The translations under genes were made by a program, and so were the position numbers. 64,000 nucleotides of DNA from a virus (lineage: Duplodnaviria > Heunggongvirae > Uroviricota > Caudoviricetes), in the IMG/VR virus record IMGVR_UViG_3300041405_000148, positions 25,310-89,309 of that record; one strand, written 5' to 3'. The notes below the pieces were generated by a model. It had not been told where the DNA came from. It was given only the letters and a program-made list of their open reading frames with translations, and ran no database searches. Positions 24,389 through 33,799 of this stretch are shown here, piece by piece. Within the stretch, counting starts at the first letter, position 1, and every line of letters starts with the position of its first letter.

Positions 24389-24922
24389 ATGGCGAAGAAA
24401 AAAGGTTTATCTGCTGTTTGGTTAGATGCAATGAATAAAGCAGAGTGTAGTCTTATCAATGACCCTAGATTCGGCGCCGTTTACACAGATGTAGAGCCTG
24501 TCTTGGGTGCGTTACGGGATTTAACTAAAGGAGTTAAAATAAATCTTGATGCACCCATTTTAGATGAACCTGAAGGTATTAATATTTGGGTTGATGACAT
24601 TCGTGACCCAGCAGACTATGGTTATCCTAATGCTGTATGGTGTAAAGACTCTTCACAATTCCTGACCAAGCTCATGTGTCTTGTTCTTGATGGCGAGGTG
24701 GATAGTTTAGAAGCAGTACACTTTGACAATGATCTTGGGGAAAAGACAGAAGGTTATGATCTTTTTGTGTTTTTAGAAGAAGCACTTCATAAAGGTTCCT
24801 TCAAGAATTTGAAGGAGATTTATGTTCATTCTTCAAACCCTTCAGCTGTGCATAAGTTCATGCTTGCTAAGGACAGTTTGAAAAAGTATTTCGGTATCGA
24901 AATGATCCGCAATCAGTACTAG
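24389..24922 (+). CDS. Cyclic-phosphate-processing receiver-domain protein
   Basis: IWVDDIR, HFDNDLG...GYD, VHSSNP motifs. Confidence 0.75.
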   Translation: MAKKKGLSAVWLDAMNKAECSLINDPRFGAVYTDVEPVLGALRDLTKGVKINLDAPILDEPEGINIWVDDIRDPADYGYPNAVWCKDSSQFLTKLMCLVLDGEVDSLEAVHFDNDLGEKTEGYDLFVFLEEALHKGSFKNLKEIYVHSSNPSAVHKFMLAKDSLKKYFGIEMIRNQY

Positions 24923-24941
24923 CATATTTAAAGGAGATAAA

Positions 24942-25151
24942 ATGCAAAAAGATTTAGAGAAAGCAAAATTACGCCTACAGGTTATTGAAGATTTAATTCT
25001 TAAAGGTGACATACACCCTGACCCAGACTGGAGTTGGGATTTGGAAGTTATCTGCTTAGAACACGATATAGCAGTTTTTAATTTTGCAATTGAGAAAGGC
25101 CACACTGATTTTAATCAAGCTTGTGAAGCTTGCTACAAGTTTCTTAACTAA
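24942..25151 (+). CDS. Hypothetical protein
   Basis: AAGGAG SD. Confidence 0.65.
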   Translation: MQKDLEKAKLRLQVIEDLILKGDIHPDPDWSWDLEVICLEHDIAVFNFAIEKGHTDFNQACEACYKFLN

Positions 25152-25161
25152 AGGGGAAAAT

Positions 25162-25317
25162 ATGGCAACACTTTACGTTTTGTTTGCAATTTACACAGGA
25201 AATGGACCATCACATGTTACAGCAGAGTTTAACTCTCAAGGTGCATGTGAAATGGCCCTTTCAGAAGGTAAACGAGTTAATGTCTTTGACAGAGGGTTTT
25301 GTAGTCCTAAAGGCTAA
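25162..25317 (+). CDS. Hypothetical protein (51 aa)
   Basis: GGGG SD before ATG at 25162. Confidence 0.55.
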   Translation: MATLYVLFAIYTGNGPSHVTAEFNSQGACEMALSEGKRVNVFDRGFCSPKG

Positions 25318-25339
25318 TAATATTAAGTAAGGAGGTATT

Positions 25340-25834
25340 TTGGATATTTTACAAGAGTTAGGTGTCAATTTCACAACAGGTAACCTATCTGAGGGCTTGC
25401 ACTGGAGAGTTCATAATTATGTACAGACTCAGGCAAGATTTCATGAAGCATTACATGCTCTTCGTCAATCTTATATGATCCGGGAAGATCCTGTAGTTGT
25501 AAAGAAATTCCTGTTTCCTTATGATTATCTGGATGTGCAAGAAGTTGTAGATTTTTATGCTGAAATTAAAGCTTACATCAGCGAAATGGAATCAGAAGAT
25601 TGGATTTTCCATCGTATGGAAGAGGTTGATGAAGATTTTAATAACAGCAGTCACAACGACTACGAAGATATCCGGCGTGTTGTTTATATCCATGCTCTAA
25701 TAAAAAGTGATGATCAGCCAACAACGTATGAACAAGAACAGGCTTTGCGTTTATACAAAATCACAAGGCGTGACTTTGAGCAAGCACGAGAAGGTTTGGA
25801 ATATGAGATGAGGAAATTTGCAAATGAAGTATAA
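25340..25834 (+). CDS. Hypothetical protein
   Basis: AGGAGG SD, TTG start. Confidence 0.7.
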   Translation: MDILQELGVNFTTGNLSEGLHWRVHNYVQTQARFHEALHALRQSYMIREDPVVVKKFLFPYDYLDVQEVVDFYAEIKAYISEMESEDWIFHRMEEVDEDFNNSSHNDYEDIRRVVYIHALIKSDDQPTTYEQEQALRLYKITRRDFEQAREGLEYEMRKFANEV

Positions 25835-26249
25835 TACTTTTTGGGGTTATATATTTTGGACTTTACTTCTCTTATCTACTGTGTCAGACTTACGCCCTAT
25901 ATTGATTAACTTCTGGGAAGTACTTTACAATGGAAGTTTTGGAAATGTTCATGTGATTTTTTGGATTCCGATTCACATCCTCTTGATAGCTGTCCTAGTG
26001 TTGAAAGTGTCACTTCTTCGTTGGTTCTTTCCTCGAAACACAGAAAGACGTTATGATTTATTCGGTATAAGAGAGATTTGTGGATTGTGTGCTGGGATGT
26101 CTACATTTTTAGCATTACCAGTGTTAATTGCTGTAATTATGAATGGTGGCTTGAAAACATATCAGATCCCGCAAATGATACAAATCATTAGCTATTTGGC
26201 TACACCATTTTTGTTTATTTATTATATAGTTAGGGAGGAAGAACGATAA
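25818..26249 (+). CDS. Membrane protein (about 4 TM)
   Basis: Hydrophobic segments. Confidence 0.65.
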   Translation: MQMKYNTFWGYIFWTLLLLSTVSDLRPILINFWEVLYNGSFGNVHVIFWIPIHILLIAVLVLKVSLLRWFFPRNTERRYDLFGIREICGLCAGMSTFLALPVLIAVIMNGGLKTYQIPQMIQIISYLATPFLFIYYIVREEER

Positions 26250-26788
26250 TGTTCATTAGTTCAGATTTACATTTCTGCCACAAAAGAGTAAAGGAGTTCT
26301 GCCCTAAGACTCGCCCGTGGGAAACACTTGAAGAAATGCAGGAAGACCTGATCAACAAGTGGAATGCCTGTGCAACAAAACCCGGCGTTAAAATGTTCCA
26401 TTTAGGTGACTTCTCTTTTGGTCTGGAAGAAGAGACTGACGCCATTGCTTCACGTCTCAAAGGAGATATTACTTTTATCGTTGGCAACCACGACAGAGGC
26501 TACACCCGTGATATCTTGGCAAAATACGGTGAAGTCAAATATTATGATGAGGTAAAGTACAATAAACACTTCTTCTGTCTGATGCACTACCCTTTACTGG
26601 ACTGGAACAAAAAAGCGAGAGGATCTATCATGCTTCATGGTCATACGCATGGTTCGATCATTGAGACAGAGACTTCTCGTGGAAAAACTATGGACGTTGG
26701 CTGGGATATTTACGAAAAGTTCTTGCATTTCGACGAAATAATTGAAATGATGAGCCATCGAGAAATTATGCCTATCGGTCATCATTAA
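26249..26788 (+). CDS. Calcineurin-like metallophosphoesterase
   Basis: SDLHF, HLGDF, GNHD, MHYP, HGHTH. Confidence 0.9.
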   Translation: MFISSDLHFCHKRVKEFCPKTRPWETLEEMQEDLINKWNACATKPGVKMFHLGDFSFGLEEETDAIASRLKGDITFIVGNHDRGYTRDILAKYGEVKYYDEVKYNKHFFCLMHYPLLDWNKKARGSIMLHGHTHGSIIETETSRGKTMDVGWDIYEKFLHFDEIIEMMSHREIMPIGHH

Positions 26789-26797
26789 GAGGTAAAT

Positions 26798-27715
26798 ATG
26801 AAGTTTGAATGTAAAGATTTGATTTCACAAGGTATTGTAAAAGCTAAAACTTATACAGAAGGACCTTATGCTGGTCTTTCAGTTCTTAAATACTCAAATT
26901 CTGTGTTTTGGGATAACCGCTGGGGCGAGGATTCTCGCCTATTAGATTGTCGTGGGATGGTCGTTGACCAAGAGGATAATGTTGTCATTTGGCCTTTTAC
27001 TAAAATCTTTAACCGCTTCGAGAACGATACTGACTTACCTTTAGATCAAGAGGTGATTTGTGTACGTAAAGTTAATGGCTTTATGGGAGCGATGAGTGTT
27101 TACAAAGGTGAGTTGATTGTATCTACCACAGGAACACTTGATTCTGAATTTGCACAAATGGCAAAAGAGAAGATCACAGCAGCAATGCCGGATGGAATGC
27201 TGGATTATTTCGTGAAAAACGCAGGACCATGCACACTTATCTTCGAAATCTGTGACGATAGTGATCCACACATTGTTGCGGAAGAAGCTGGTGCTTATCT
27301 GATTGGTTGCCGTGTCCACCTGAGTGGTGGTATGCTTCCAGAATGGGACCTTGATAGGGTTGCAGAGCGATATGGCTGGAAACGTGCTGGCTGGGAAGTT
27401 ATCCCATTTGGCGATGTTGTTTACAATTCTAAAGTTATCAAGCATGAAGGTTATGTGATCCGTGATGCCAACTCTGGTGAGTTGTTACTGAAAATAAAAT
27501 CACCTCACTACCTAACAAAGAAATTCTTTATGCGTGGTAGTGTTAAGAAGTGTGAAGCTATTTGGGAACATGGTGATCGTGTGAAGCAAATTGTTGAAGA
27601 GGAGTACTACCCTCTTGTAGACTTCATCAAAACAACTTTCACAAAAGAGCAGTGGCTCATTATGAATGAACAACAGCGTGGGACAGTTATTGCACAATTT
27701 TTAGAGGGGGATTAA
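26798..27715 (+). CDS. RNA ligase (T4 Rnl1 family)
   Basis: PFTKIFN, motif I KVNG, STTG, IFEI, HIV, EGYV, LKIKS. Confidence 0.85.
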   Translation: MKFECKDLISQGIVKAKTYTEGPYAGLSVLKYSNSVFWDNRWGEDSRLLDCRGMVVDQEDNVVIWPFTKIFNRFENDTDLPLDQEVICVRKVNGFMGAMSVYKGELIVSTTGTLDSEFAQMAKEKITAAMPDGMLDYFVKNAGPCTLIFEICDDSDPHIVAEEAGAYLIGCRVHLSGGMLPEWDLDRVAERYGWKRAGWEVIPFGDVVYNSKVIKHEGYVIRDANSGELLLKIKSPHYLTKKFFMRGSVKKCEAIWEHGDRVKQIVEEEYYPLVDFIKTTFTKEQWLIMNEQQRGTVIAQFLEGD

Positions 27716-28119
27716 TGGCAACACTCTACATTGTTCGTGGTGTATCAGGTGCAGGGAAAAGCACCTTTGCACAAGTTCTGGCTTCTTCTTTAGGGATTAA
27801 TTTCTATGAAGCAGATCAATTTGCTTATGATGAAGAAGGTAATTATAATTTTGACGTAAATAAGCTAGGCTTTTATCACTCAGCCTGCCAACATATAGTT
27901 CTTTCTGAACTCGCTAATGGTTGGGATGTGATTGTGTCCAACACCTTTACAACTGAAAAAGAACTTGCACCTTATTTGGCAATTGCTAAAGAATTGGATT
28001 GCAAAGTTATCAGTTTGGTGGTAGAAAATCGTCATGGCAATGAGAGTATCCATGATGTGCCTTACACAACCCTTGTACGACAGGAGCAACGTCTTCGTAA
28101 CTCGATTAAGTTACGTTAA
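27715..28119 (+). CDS. P-loop kinase (polynucleotide kinase-like)
   Basis: RGVSGAGKST, VIVSNT, HDVP. Confidence 0.8.
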   Translation: MATLYIVRGVSGAGKSTFAQVLASSLGINFYEADQFAYDEEGNYNFDVNKLGFYHSACQHIVLSELANGWDVIVSNTFTTEKELAPYLAIAKELDCKVISLVVENRHGNESIHDVPYTTLVRQEQRLRNSIKLR

Positions 28120-28132
28120 CAAAAGGAGATAT

Positions 28133-28807
28133 ATGGAAAACATAATTATTACAACTTTTTATACTGGTCAATCTGACCCGCAAAGAAACATTATCTGGGA
28201 GCCGGACTACAGCAAGCTTGAAAAGCTGATTGAAAGCGTTGTCTCTAAGAAAGAAAAGCTTGTGATCCTTCATGACTGCTTTGATGTAGAGGATACCGAG
28301 TTTGTCACCCACATCAAAGTCAAATGCAAAATAAATCCTTATTACCAGAGGTGGAAACATATCCTTGACTACCTCTTACGGAACCAAAATGTTGATAAGA
28401 TCTTTTGTGTTGACGGTACAGATGTAACTATGTTAAAGTCTCCTTTCCAAGATATGGAATCAGGCAAACTTTATGTCGGTGACGAAACTAAAGTCCTTGG
28501 TGACCCATACACAAGGACGGATTGGCCTCACAGTTTTATGCAAGAATTTGTGAATAAGAATCTTGGTAAAACACTGCTCAACGCGGGACTTTGTGGTGGC
28601 GATAGAGAGACTGTCTTAGATTTTCTTGCCTTGATGAGTACACTTTATGATATTTATAAAGAAGAAAAGCTAAGTCCATTTGACATGAGTCTTTTCAATA
28701 TGGTATGTTATGATTACTTTAGTCGTGAGTTGGTTCATGGTGAAAAGGTAAATACTGTATTTCAATCATTTACACCAAATCAAGCCAGTTGGTGGATGCA
28801 CAAATAA
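28133..28807 (+). CDS. Glycosyltransferase-like protein
   Basis: FCVDGTDV (DxD-like), LNAGLCGG, DMSLFN, WWMHK. Confidence 0.5.
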   Translation: MENIIITTFYTGQSDPQRNIIWEPDYSKLEKLIESVVSKKEKLVILHDCFDVEDTEFVTHIKVKCKINPYYQRWKHILDYLLRNQNVDKIFCVDGTDVTMLKSPFQDMESGKLYVGDETKVLGDPYTRTDWPHSFMQEFVNKNLGKTLLNAGLCGGDRETVLDFLALMSTLYDIYKEEKLSPFDMSLFNMVCYDYFSRELVHGEKVNTVFQSFTPNQASWWMHK

Positions 28808-28818
28808 GGAGAACTTTA

Positions 28819-29226
28819 ATGTGTGACAAGTCTTGCAACGGTTGTCCGTTTGCTTTTACAGAAGAGTCAGAAATAATTCAAAATTATGGATGCTTACCAA
28901 CACCAATGGAGATCGTGAGGATGCGGGTAGAATTCGGTAAAACTTGGGCTTGTCACAAAGAACCAACTAAGCCATGCTCAGGTAGCATCTCATACCTAAA
29001 AGAGAAAGGTCATCCATACAAGATGATTGATAAAGAGTTGGTAACAGAGCAGTCTGACTTCTTGTTTGGTTTTGGTAAATTACTCAGGGCAGAAGAAAAA
29101 GTAAAAGAACTTGAAAAAAGTAATGAAAGATTATTGACAGATTCACGTCAATGGAAGAAAATGTTTGAAACAGCCGAAAGGTTGATCCGTAGAATTAAGA
29201 GGAAGGAGAAACAGAATGTCACATAA
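28819..29226 (+). CDS. Hypothetical protein (Cys-rich N-terminus)
   Basis: AAGGAG SD. Confidence 0.65.
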   Translation: MCDKSCNGCPFAFTEESEIIQNYGCLPTPMEIVRMRVEFGKTWACHKEPTKPCSGSISYLKEKGHPYKMIDKELVTEQSDFLFGFGKLLRAEEKVKELEKSNERLLTDSRQWKKMFETAERLIRRIKRKEKQNVT

Positions 29227-29937
29227 TGATAAACGCACACCACACACTGACGCACTTGACACACTAGGTTATCTTCATAAAGAAGAAGAAAATCGAGACG
29301 CTATTCATTTAGCCGTTGAGCAGGTTGAAGCAGGTGAAAATCTTAAACCAGGAGACCATATTGGATTTGGTGAAGATGGAAAGGTTTATAAGAATCGACG
29401 TAGGGCTGGTAAGGCATTAGGGATCGTTGACCCGTTCTTGACGGAAGTTGTCCTCCCAGGTGAAATGTTTTGGTTGGTGGTTTATCCTCGTCAGGTAACT
29501 TCTCTTCGCCATGTATGGGTCCATCCAGATTTTCCTGAAAAAGTCGAAGAACTATCTCTGGAAGAACTTAGCACTGAAGATCTTCTGGCAGAGATCGGAA
29601 AGCGAGCCACAGCTCCAAAAAAGTAGTAACCCAAGTTGTTAATGCCCTCGGTTATACAGAAGAGGACGTAAAGGCAGCTTGGGATTGGGTTAACAATTAC
29701 GCTGAAGAACTTAGTGGTTCTGATTATGAGGACAATAGTTACACCACAGATGCTGAAGAACTTATGGGTTATGCAGACAGTCATGTCAACAGCTCTGAGA
29801 GATGGGGTGGAGATTATTTATGTATGGGTGGTCTTCTAGAGGGTGAATATACTTCATCAGAGTTTTGGGATAATTATGAAATCATTCGTGGTGTTCGTAT
29901 CATTGATCGCCATAACTTCTTTACTTGTTCTTGTTAA
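29216..29937 (+). CDS. Hypothetical protein split by a -1 frameshift (136 aa short form, ~240 aa long form)
   Basis: A AAA AAG then TAG at 29617-29626; -1 frame stays open 104 codons to FFTCSC-TAA. Confidence 0.6.
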
Positions 29938-29946
29938 GGAGATAAT

Positions 29947-30696
29947 ATGCGTAGGCTAATTCTTATCTCAGGTGCTGGACTTTCTGTTGAAAGTGGTATC
30001 AGGGCTTTTCGTACAGACACTGATTCTGGTAAAGCAATGTGGGATGAATATGACTTAGAAGAAGTTTGTAACATCCATGCATTCCGTGGTAACTTCTACC
30101 ATAAGACACATAACTTTTATAACAAGCGTCGCGTGGAGTTGGGTACAGTAGAGCCTAACCTTGCACATTGTAGAATCGCAGAATGGTCCAAAGCTTATGC
30201 AGGTCAAGTTGTAAACATCACAACAAATGTTGATGATCTACTAGAGCGGGCTGGTGTGTTTGGTGAAGTTCTACACGTTCATGGTTTTCTTCCTGAAATT
30301 ATAGTCCAAGATGAACCTTTGCAAGTTAAGAGAGTAGAGAACGTAGGTTACAATGAGATTAACCCTGATGATTATGAATGGTGTAAACCTAACGTAGTTT
30401 TCTTTGGAGAAAACGCACCTTTATACGGTGAGATGTATTCCATCTTAGACTCTTTGACAGTTCAGGATTTGGTTATTGTGGTTGGTTGTTCTAACCAAGT
30501 GATTAACTTCTTTTGGGATCTAATCCCTAAAGCAAGGTCTTTAGGTATAAAAATTCATTGTGTTAATCCAGGCACTTTGTATCATGAAGAACAGATCATT
30601 GAAGAAGTTGGCGGAACCTGCTGGAGAGCTGGTGCAGTTGAAGTTTTCAGCAACCCAAAATTCATTGAAATTGTTGAAAAACATTTGGAGGGCTGA
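29947..30696 (+). CDS. Sir2/CobB-family NAD-dependent deacylase
   Basis: GAGLSVESGI, TTNVDDLLERAG, HVHG, KPNVVFFGE. Confidence 0.9.
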   Translation: MRRLILISGAGLSVESGIRAFRTDTDSGKAMWDEYDLEEVCNIHAFRGNFYHKTHNFYNKRRVELGTVEPNLAHCRIAEWSKAYAGQVVNITTNVDDLLERAGVFGEVLHVHGFLPEIIVQDEPLQVKRVENVGYNEINPDDYEWCKPNVVFFGENAPLYGEMYSILDSLTVQDLVIVVGCSNQVINFFWDLIPKARSLGIKIHCVNPGTLYHEEQIIEEVGGTCWRAGAVEVFSNPKFIEIVEKHLEG

Positions 30697-30697
30697 T

Positions 30698-31303
30698 TTG
30701 GAAACTAAACCAAGTGAGATGGATTTCATTGATCATATTATAAAAAGAATGGCACCTTTGTACCATGAAATTAGTTTAAAAACTAAATTTGATCTTGATA
30801 AACAGATTTTGACCTTCTATCTTTGGAACCTTTCTGGTCAATTAAAAGGTTTTCAAAGATATAATTGGCAGGGCAAAAAGACTATCAGCAACTCTGAAGA
30901 AGGAAAATATTTCTCAATAAGTCCTGGAGGTTGCGAAGTATATGGGTTAGAATGGCTTAACCCAGACCTACCAGTGACGTTTATCTGTGAGGGAATTTTT
31001 GATGCAATAAGCTTGCTTAATTTTGGCAATGCTGTTGCAGTGCTAACCAATGATCCAAAACCTTTGAAAGAGCAACTTAGGCTTCTACCAGGCAAGAAGG
31101 TCGTTGTTTGTGACAATGATAAAGCTGGGAGAAAACTGGCTAAGTATGGAGATGATTATGTCCTTTGTCCTGAAGGTGAAGATCCAAATAGTATGAGCAT
31201 GGCAGATCTAAAAACTTTACTCGGTGATTACGCTCTTGAGAGAGACTTCTTTCAAGACACTTTCCGTCACTGGTGGAATAAACAAGATATCCTTTTGGAG
31301 TAA
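30698..31303 (+). CDS. TOPRIM-domain protein (primase-like)
   Basis: ICEGIFDA, CDNDKAG, DPN; TTG start after GGAGG. Confidence 0.75.
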   Translation: METKPSEMDFIDHIIKRMAPLYHEISLKTKFDLDKQILTFYLWNLSGQLKGFQRYNWQGKKTISNSEEGKYFSISPGGCEVYGLEWLNPDLPVTFICEGIFDAISLLNFGNAVAVLTNDPKPLKEQLRLLPGKKVVVCDNDKAGRKLAKYGDDYVLCPEGEDPNSMSMADLKTLLGDYALERDFFQDTFRHWWNKQDILLE

Positions 31304-31311
31304 CTTGATAA

Positions 31312-32151
31312 ATGAATTACTATAATGAGTGGGACAAGCCAACCGCCAATTGGTTGCGTGAGTTGATAAAAAGGAAACTATTACCGGAGGGGTATGTAGA
31401 TGAAAGATCAATTACTGAAGTCACCGCTTCAGACCTGGAAGGATTTACACAATGTCACTTTTTTGCAGGAATTGGGGGATGGTCAAGGGCTTTGCAACTC
31501 TGTCGTATACCCTCAACTGTCAAATTGTGGACAGGATCACCACCATGCCAACCATTTAGCCAAGCAGGATCACAAAGAGGTAAGTTTGATGAAAGACACC
31601 TTGCCCCAACCTTCCTCAAACTTATTGACCAGTGTAAACCTCCAATCGTGTTTGGAGAGCAGGTTGCAAAAGCGGTTGAAGACGGCTGGCTCGATGATCT
31701 TCACGTTGAGTTTGAAAAACAGGGTTACGCAATCGGGACTTCCATTTTGTCAGGTGGTATCGTCGGTGCACCGCACAAAAGGGAACGATTATTTTTCGGG
31801 GCAATACGCAGCGTGGTTGACTCCAACCGTCACGAATATTGGAGCAAGGTCTTTAGAGGCAATGGAAAAGCGTATGGCACAGAGATTATCGACTGGAAGG
31901 AAATCTTTGAGTCCTGGAAATCTATGGGAACAGGTTCGAATGTATTGGGGAGTTGGGACAGTGGAAGACCAAATCTATGCAGAGACGGGAAGTTCAGAAT
32001 TATTGAACCCTCTATTCCCTTGTTGGTTAATGGCATTTCCTCTGGAATGGGACGATTGCGGGGCTTCGGTAATGCAATAATTCCCCCTTTGGCTGCATCT
32101 TTTATACAAGATTTCCTAATTTCATGTGATGAAAATATTAAAGGTGGTTAA
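31312..32151 (+). CDS. DNA cytosine-C5 methyltransferase (alpha polypeptide)
   Basis: FFAGIGG, GSPPCQPFS, GEQV, PHKRERLF, motif X GFGNAI; motif IX absent from this frame. Confidence 0.9.
   Translation: MNYYNEWDKPTANWLRELIKRKLLPEGYVDERSITEVTASDLEGFTQCHFFAGIGGWSRALQLCRIPSTVKLWTGSPPCQPFSQAGSQRGKFDERHLAPTFLKLIDQCKPPIVFGEQVAKAVEDGWLDDLHVEFEKQGYAIGTSILSGGIVGAPHKRERLFFGAIRSVVDSNRHEYWSKVFRGNGKAYGTEIIDWKEIFESWKSMGTGSNVLGSWDSGRPNLCRDGKFRIIEPSIPLLVNGISSGMGRLRGFGNAIIPPLAASFIQDFLISCDENIKGG
31766..32080 (+). CDS. Nested alternative-frame polypeptide with C5-MTase motif IX (beta-like)
   Basis: +1 frame WLTP...LWEQV...LNPLFPCWLMAFPLEW; candidate GTG start after AGGTG. Confidence 0.6.
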   Translation: MHRTKGNDYFSGQYAAWLTPTVTNIGARSLEAMEKRMAQRLSTGRKSLSPGNLWEQVRMYWGVGTVEDQIYAETGSSELLNPLFPCWLMAFPLEWDDCGASVMQ

Positions 32152-32152
32152 A

Positions 32153-33418
32153 ATGGAACAAATCAATAACACTCTTTATGCACTAAACAAAGATGGTTCT
32201 TTTCAAGAATGGAAGGTCTTTGCAGAAGGATCAAATGTAATTGTTCAGTTTGGAAAAGTGGGAGGAAAGACTCAGACGAAGATCACAGAATGCTCACCTA
32301 AAAATGTTGGTCGTGCCAACGAAACTTCTGCTGAGCAACAAGCTGTCCTTGAGGCAAAATCTAAGTGGGAGAAGCAAGTTCGCTTGGGTTATCGTGAATC
32401 AACAGAAGAGCTGGAGGATGAAGAGCAGTTCTCACCTATGCTCGCACATGACGCTATCAAACGTAGTAAAGATATCATCTACCCTTGCTATGTTCAGCCT
32501 AAACTTGATGGTCTGCGTTGTCTTGTGACATTTGATGAGCAAGGAGAACCTGTATTCAATAGTCGTGGCAATAAAACTTACCCAATTCAAGGTAAGATTA
32601 TTGAGCAGATTAAAGAGTTGCGTAAAGCAACAGGGTTTGACATGTTCGATGGTGAAGTCTATTTGCACGGCCTGAGTCTTCAGAAGATTGTATCTCTAGC
32701 TAAGAAGTGGCGATCTAAAGAAGATATTGATGCTGAGATCAATAAAGAGTATTTAGCAGAAGTTAAAAAATGGCAGAAATCACCAGAAGCTTATGTCAAA
32801 CCTGAACCTAATGTTAATAAGTATTCTAGTTATACCTCAGATGACTTGGAGTTCCATATTTTTGATATTCCATCTAAAGGTAAAGTGTGGGATTCGGATA
32901 ACGGTTATGAAAGTTCATGGGATTATAATGAGCATCCTTGCCGTTATGCGGATCTAATGAACACTGATAGCCTAGTTTCTAAACTGTCCTTAAGTAAGAT
33001 CAAAGTAGTTCATGGAAGTTTTATGGAAGATGAAGACCAGGTTAAAGACGTTATTGGTGTTTATATGCAAGGTGGTTATGAAGGAGCTATCATTCGCAAC
33101 TTCAAAGGTCTTTATGAATTTGGTCAACGTTCAAGCGATTTACAGAAGTGGAAAGAATTTCAGGAAACAGAAGTGTATGTTTATGATTATGAGATTGACA
33201 AGAACGATGAAGTTCTGTTACACTGCCGAATCAACTCAGGTGCTCTCCTTAAAGTTAAAATGAGAGGGACACACCAATACCGTGCATCCTGCATGTCTCT
33301 TGTCGGTAAATTTATTACAATCCGCTTTCAAGCGTACACTGATGACGGTGTGCCTCAGTTTGCTTCAGGTCTTTATGAACGAGAAGTGAATCCTGAGACA
33401 TGGGAGCCACTTTATTAA
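32153..33418 (+). CDS. lig: ATP-dependent DNA ligase
   Basis: PKLDGLRC, FDGEVY, EGAIIR, LQKWK. Confidence 0.92.
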   Translation: MEQINNTLYALNKDGSFQEWKVFAEGSNVIVQFGKVGGKTQTKITECSPKNVGRANETSAEQQAVLEAKSKWEKQVRLGYRESTEELEDEEQFSPMLAHDAIKRSKDIIYPCYVQPKLDGLRCLVTFDEQGEPVFNSRGNKTYPIQGKIIEQIKELRKATGFDMFDGEVYLHGLSLQKIVSLAKKWRSKEDIDAEINKEYLAEVKKWQKSPEAYVKPEPNVNKYSSYTSDDLEFHIFDIPSKGKVWDSDNGYESSWDYNEHPCRYADLMNTDSLVSKLSLSKIKVVHGSFMEDEDQVKDVIGVYMQGGYEGAIIRNFKGLYEFGQRSSDLQKWKEFQETEVYVYDYEIDKNDEVLLHCRINSGALLKVKMRGTHQYRASCMSLVGKFITIRFQAYTDDGVPQFASGLYEREVNPETWEPLY

Positions 33419-33427
33419 GGAGGGAAA

Positions 33428-33790
33428 ATGATCTGGTACTTGTTGATTCAAATTTTAGCTGTACTGTTTTACATTGGAGTTATCTTTGTTTGGTATAAAT
33501 TCAGGAAAGATAAATTAGATGACTTTATTGAATTTTCAATGGATAGGTGGAAAATCCTTCTTATTGCTTACTTTGTTATTTTCACCATTGTAACGATATT
33601 CCTGTTTGTGCCATTGAAAAATACAACCAAATGTGCAATTCATGGAAACTCCATGAACACAGAAACTAAATATAGCTGGGTAATGGGTTCTTGTCTTATG
33701 AAGACTAGGACCGGAGCATGGCTACCAATTAATATCAGTCGTGATCAACCTGAGGGTGAACATCACGATTCTACCGACTTAACTAACTAA
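33428..33790 (+). CDS. Membrane protein
   Basis: Two TM segments. Confidence 0.65.
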   Translation: MIWYLLIQILAVLFYIGVIFVWYKFRKDKLDDFIEFSMDRWKILLIAYFVIFTIVTIFLFVPLKNTTKCAIHGNSMNTETKYSWVMGSCLMKTRTGAWLPINISRDQPEGEHHDSTDLTN

Positions 33791-33799
33791 GGAGACTTC

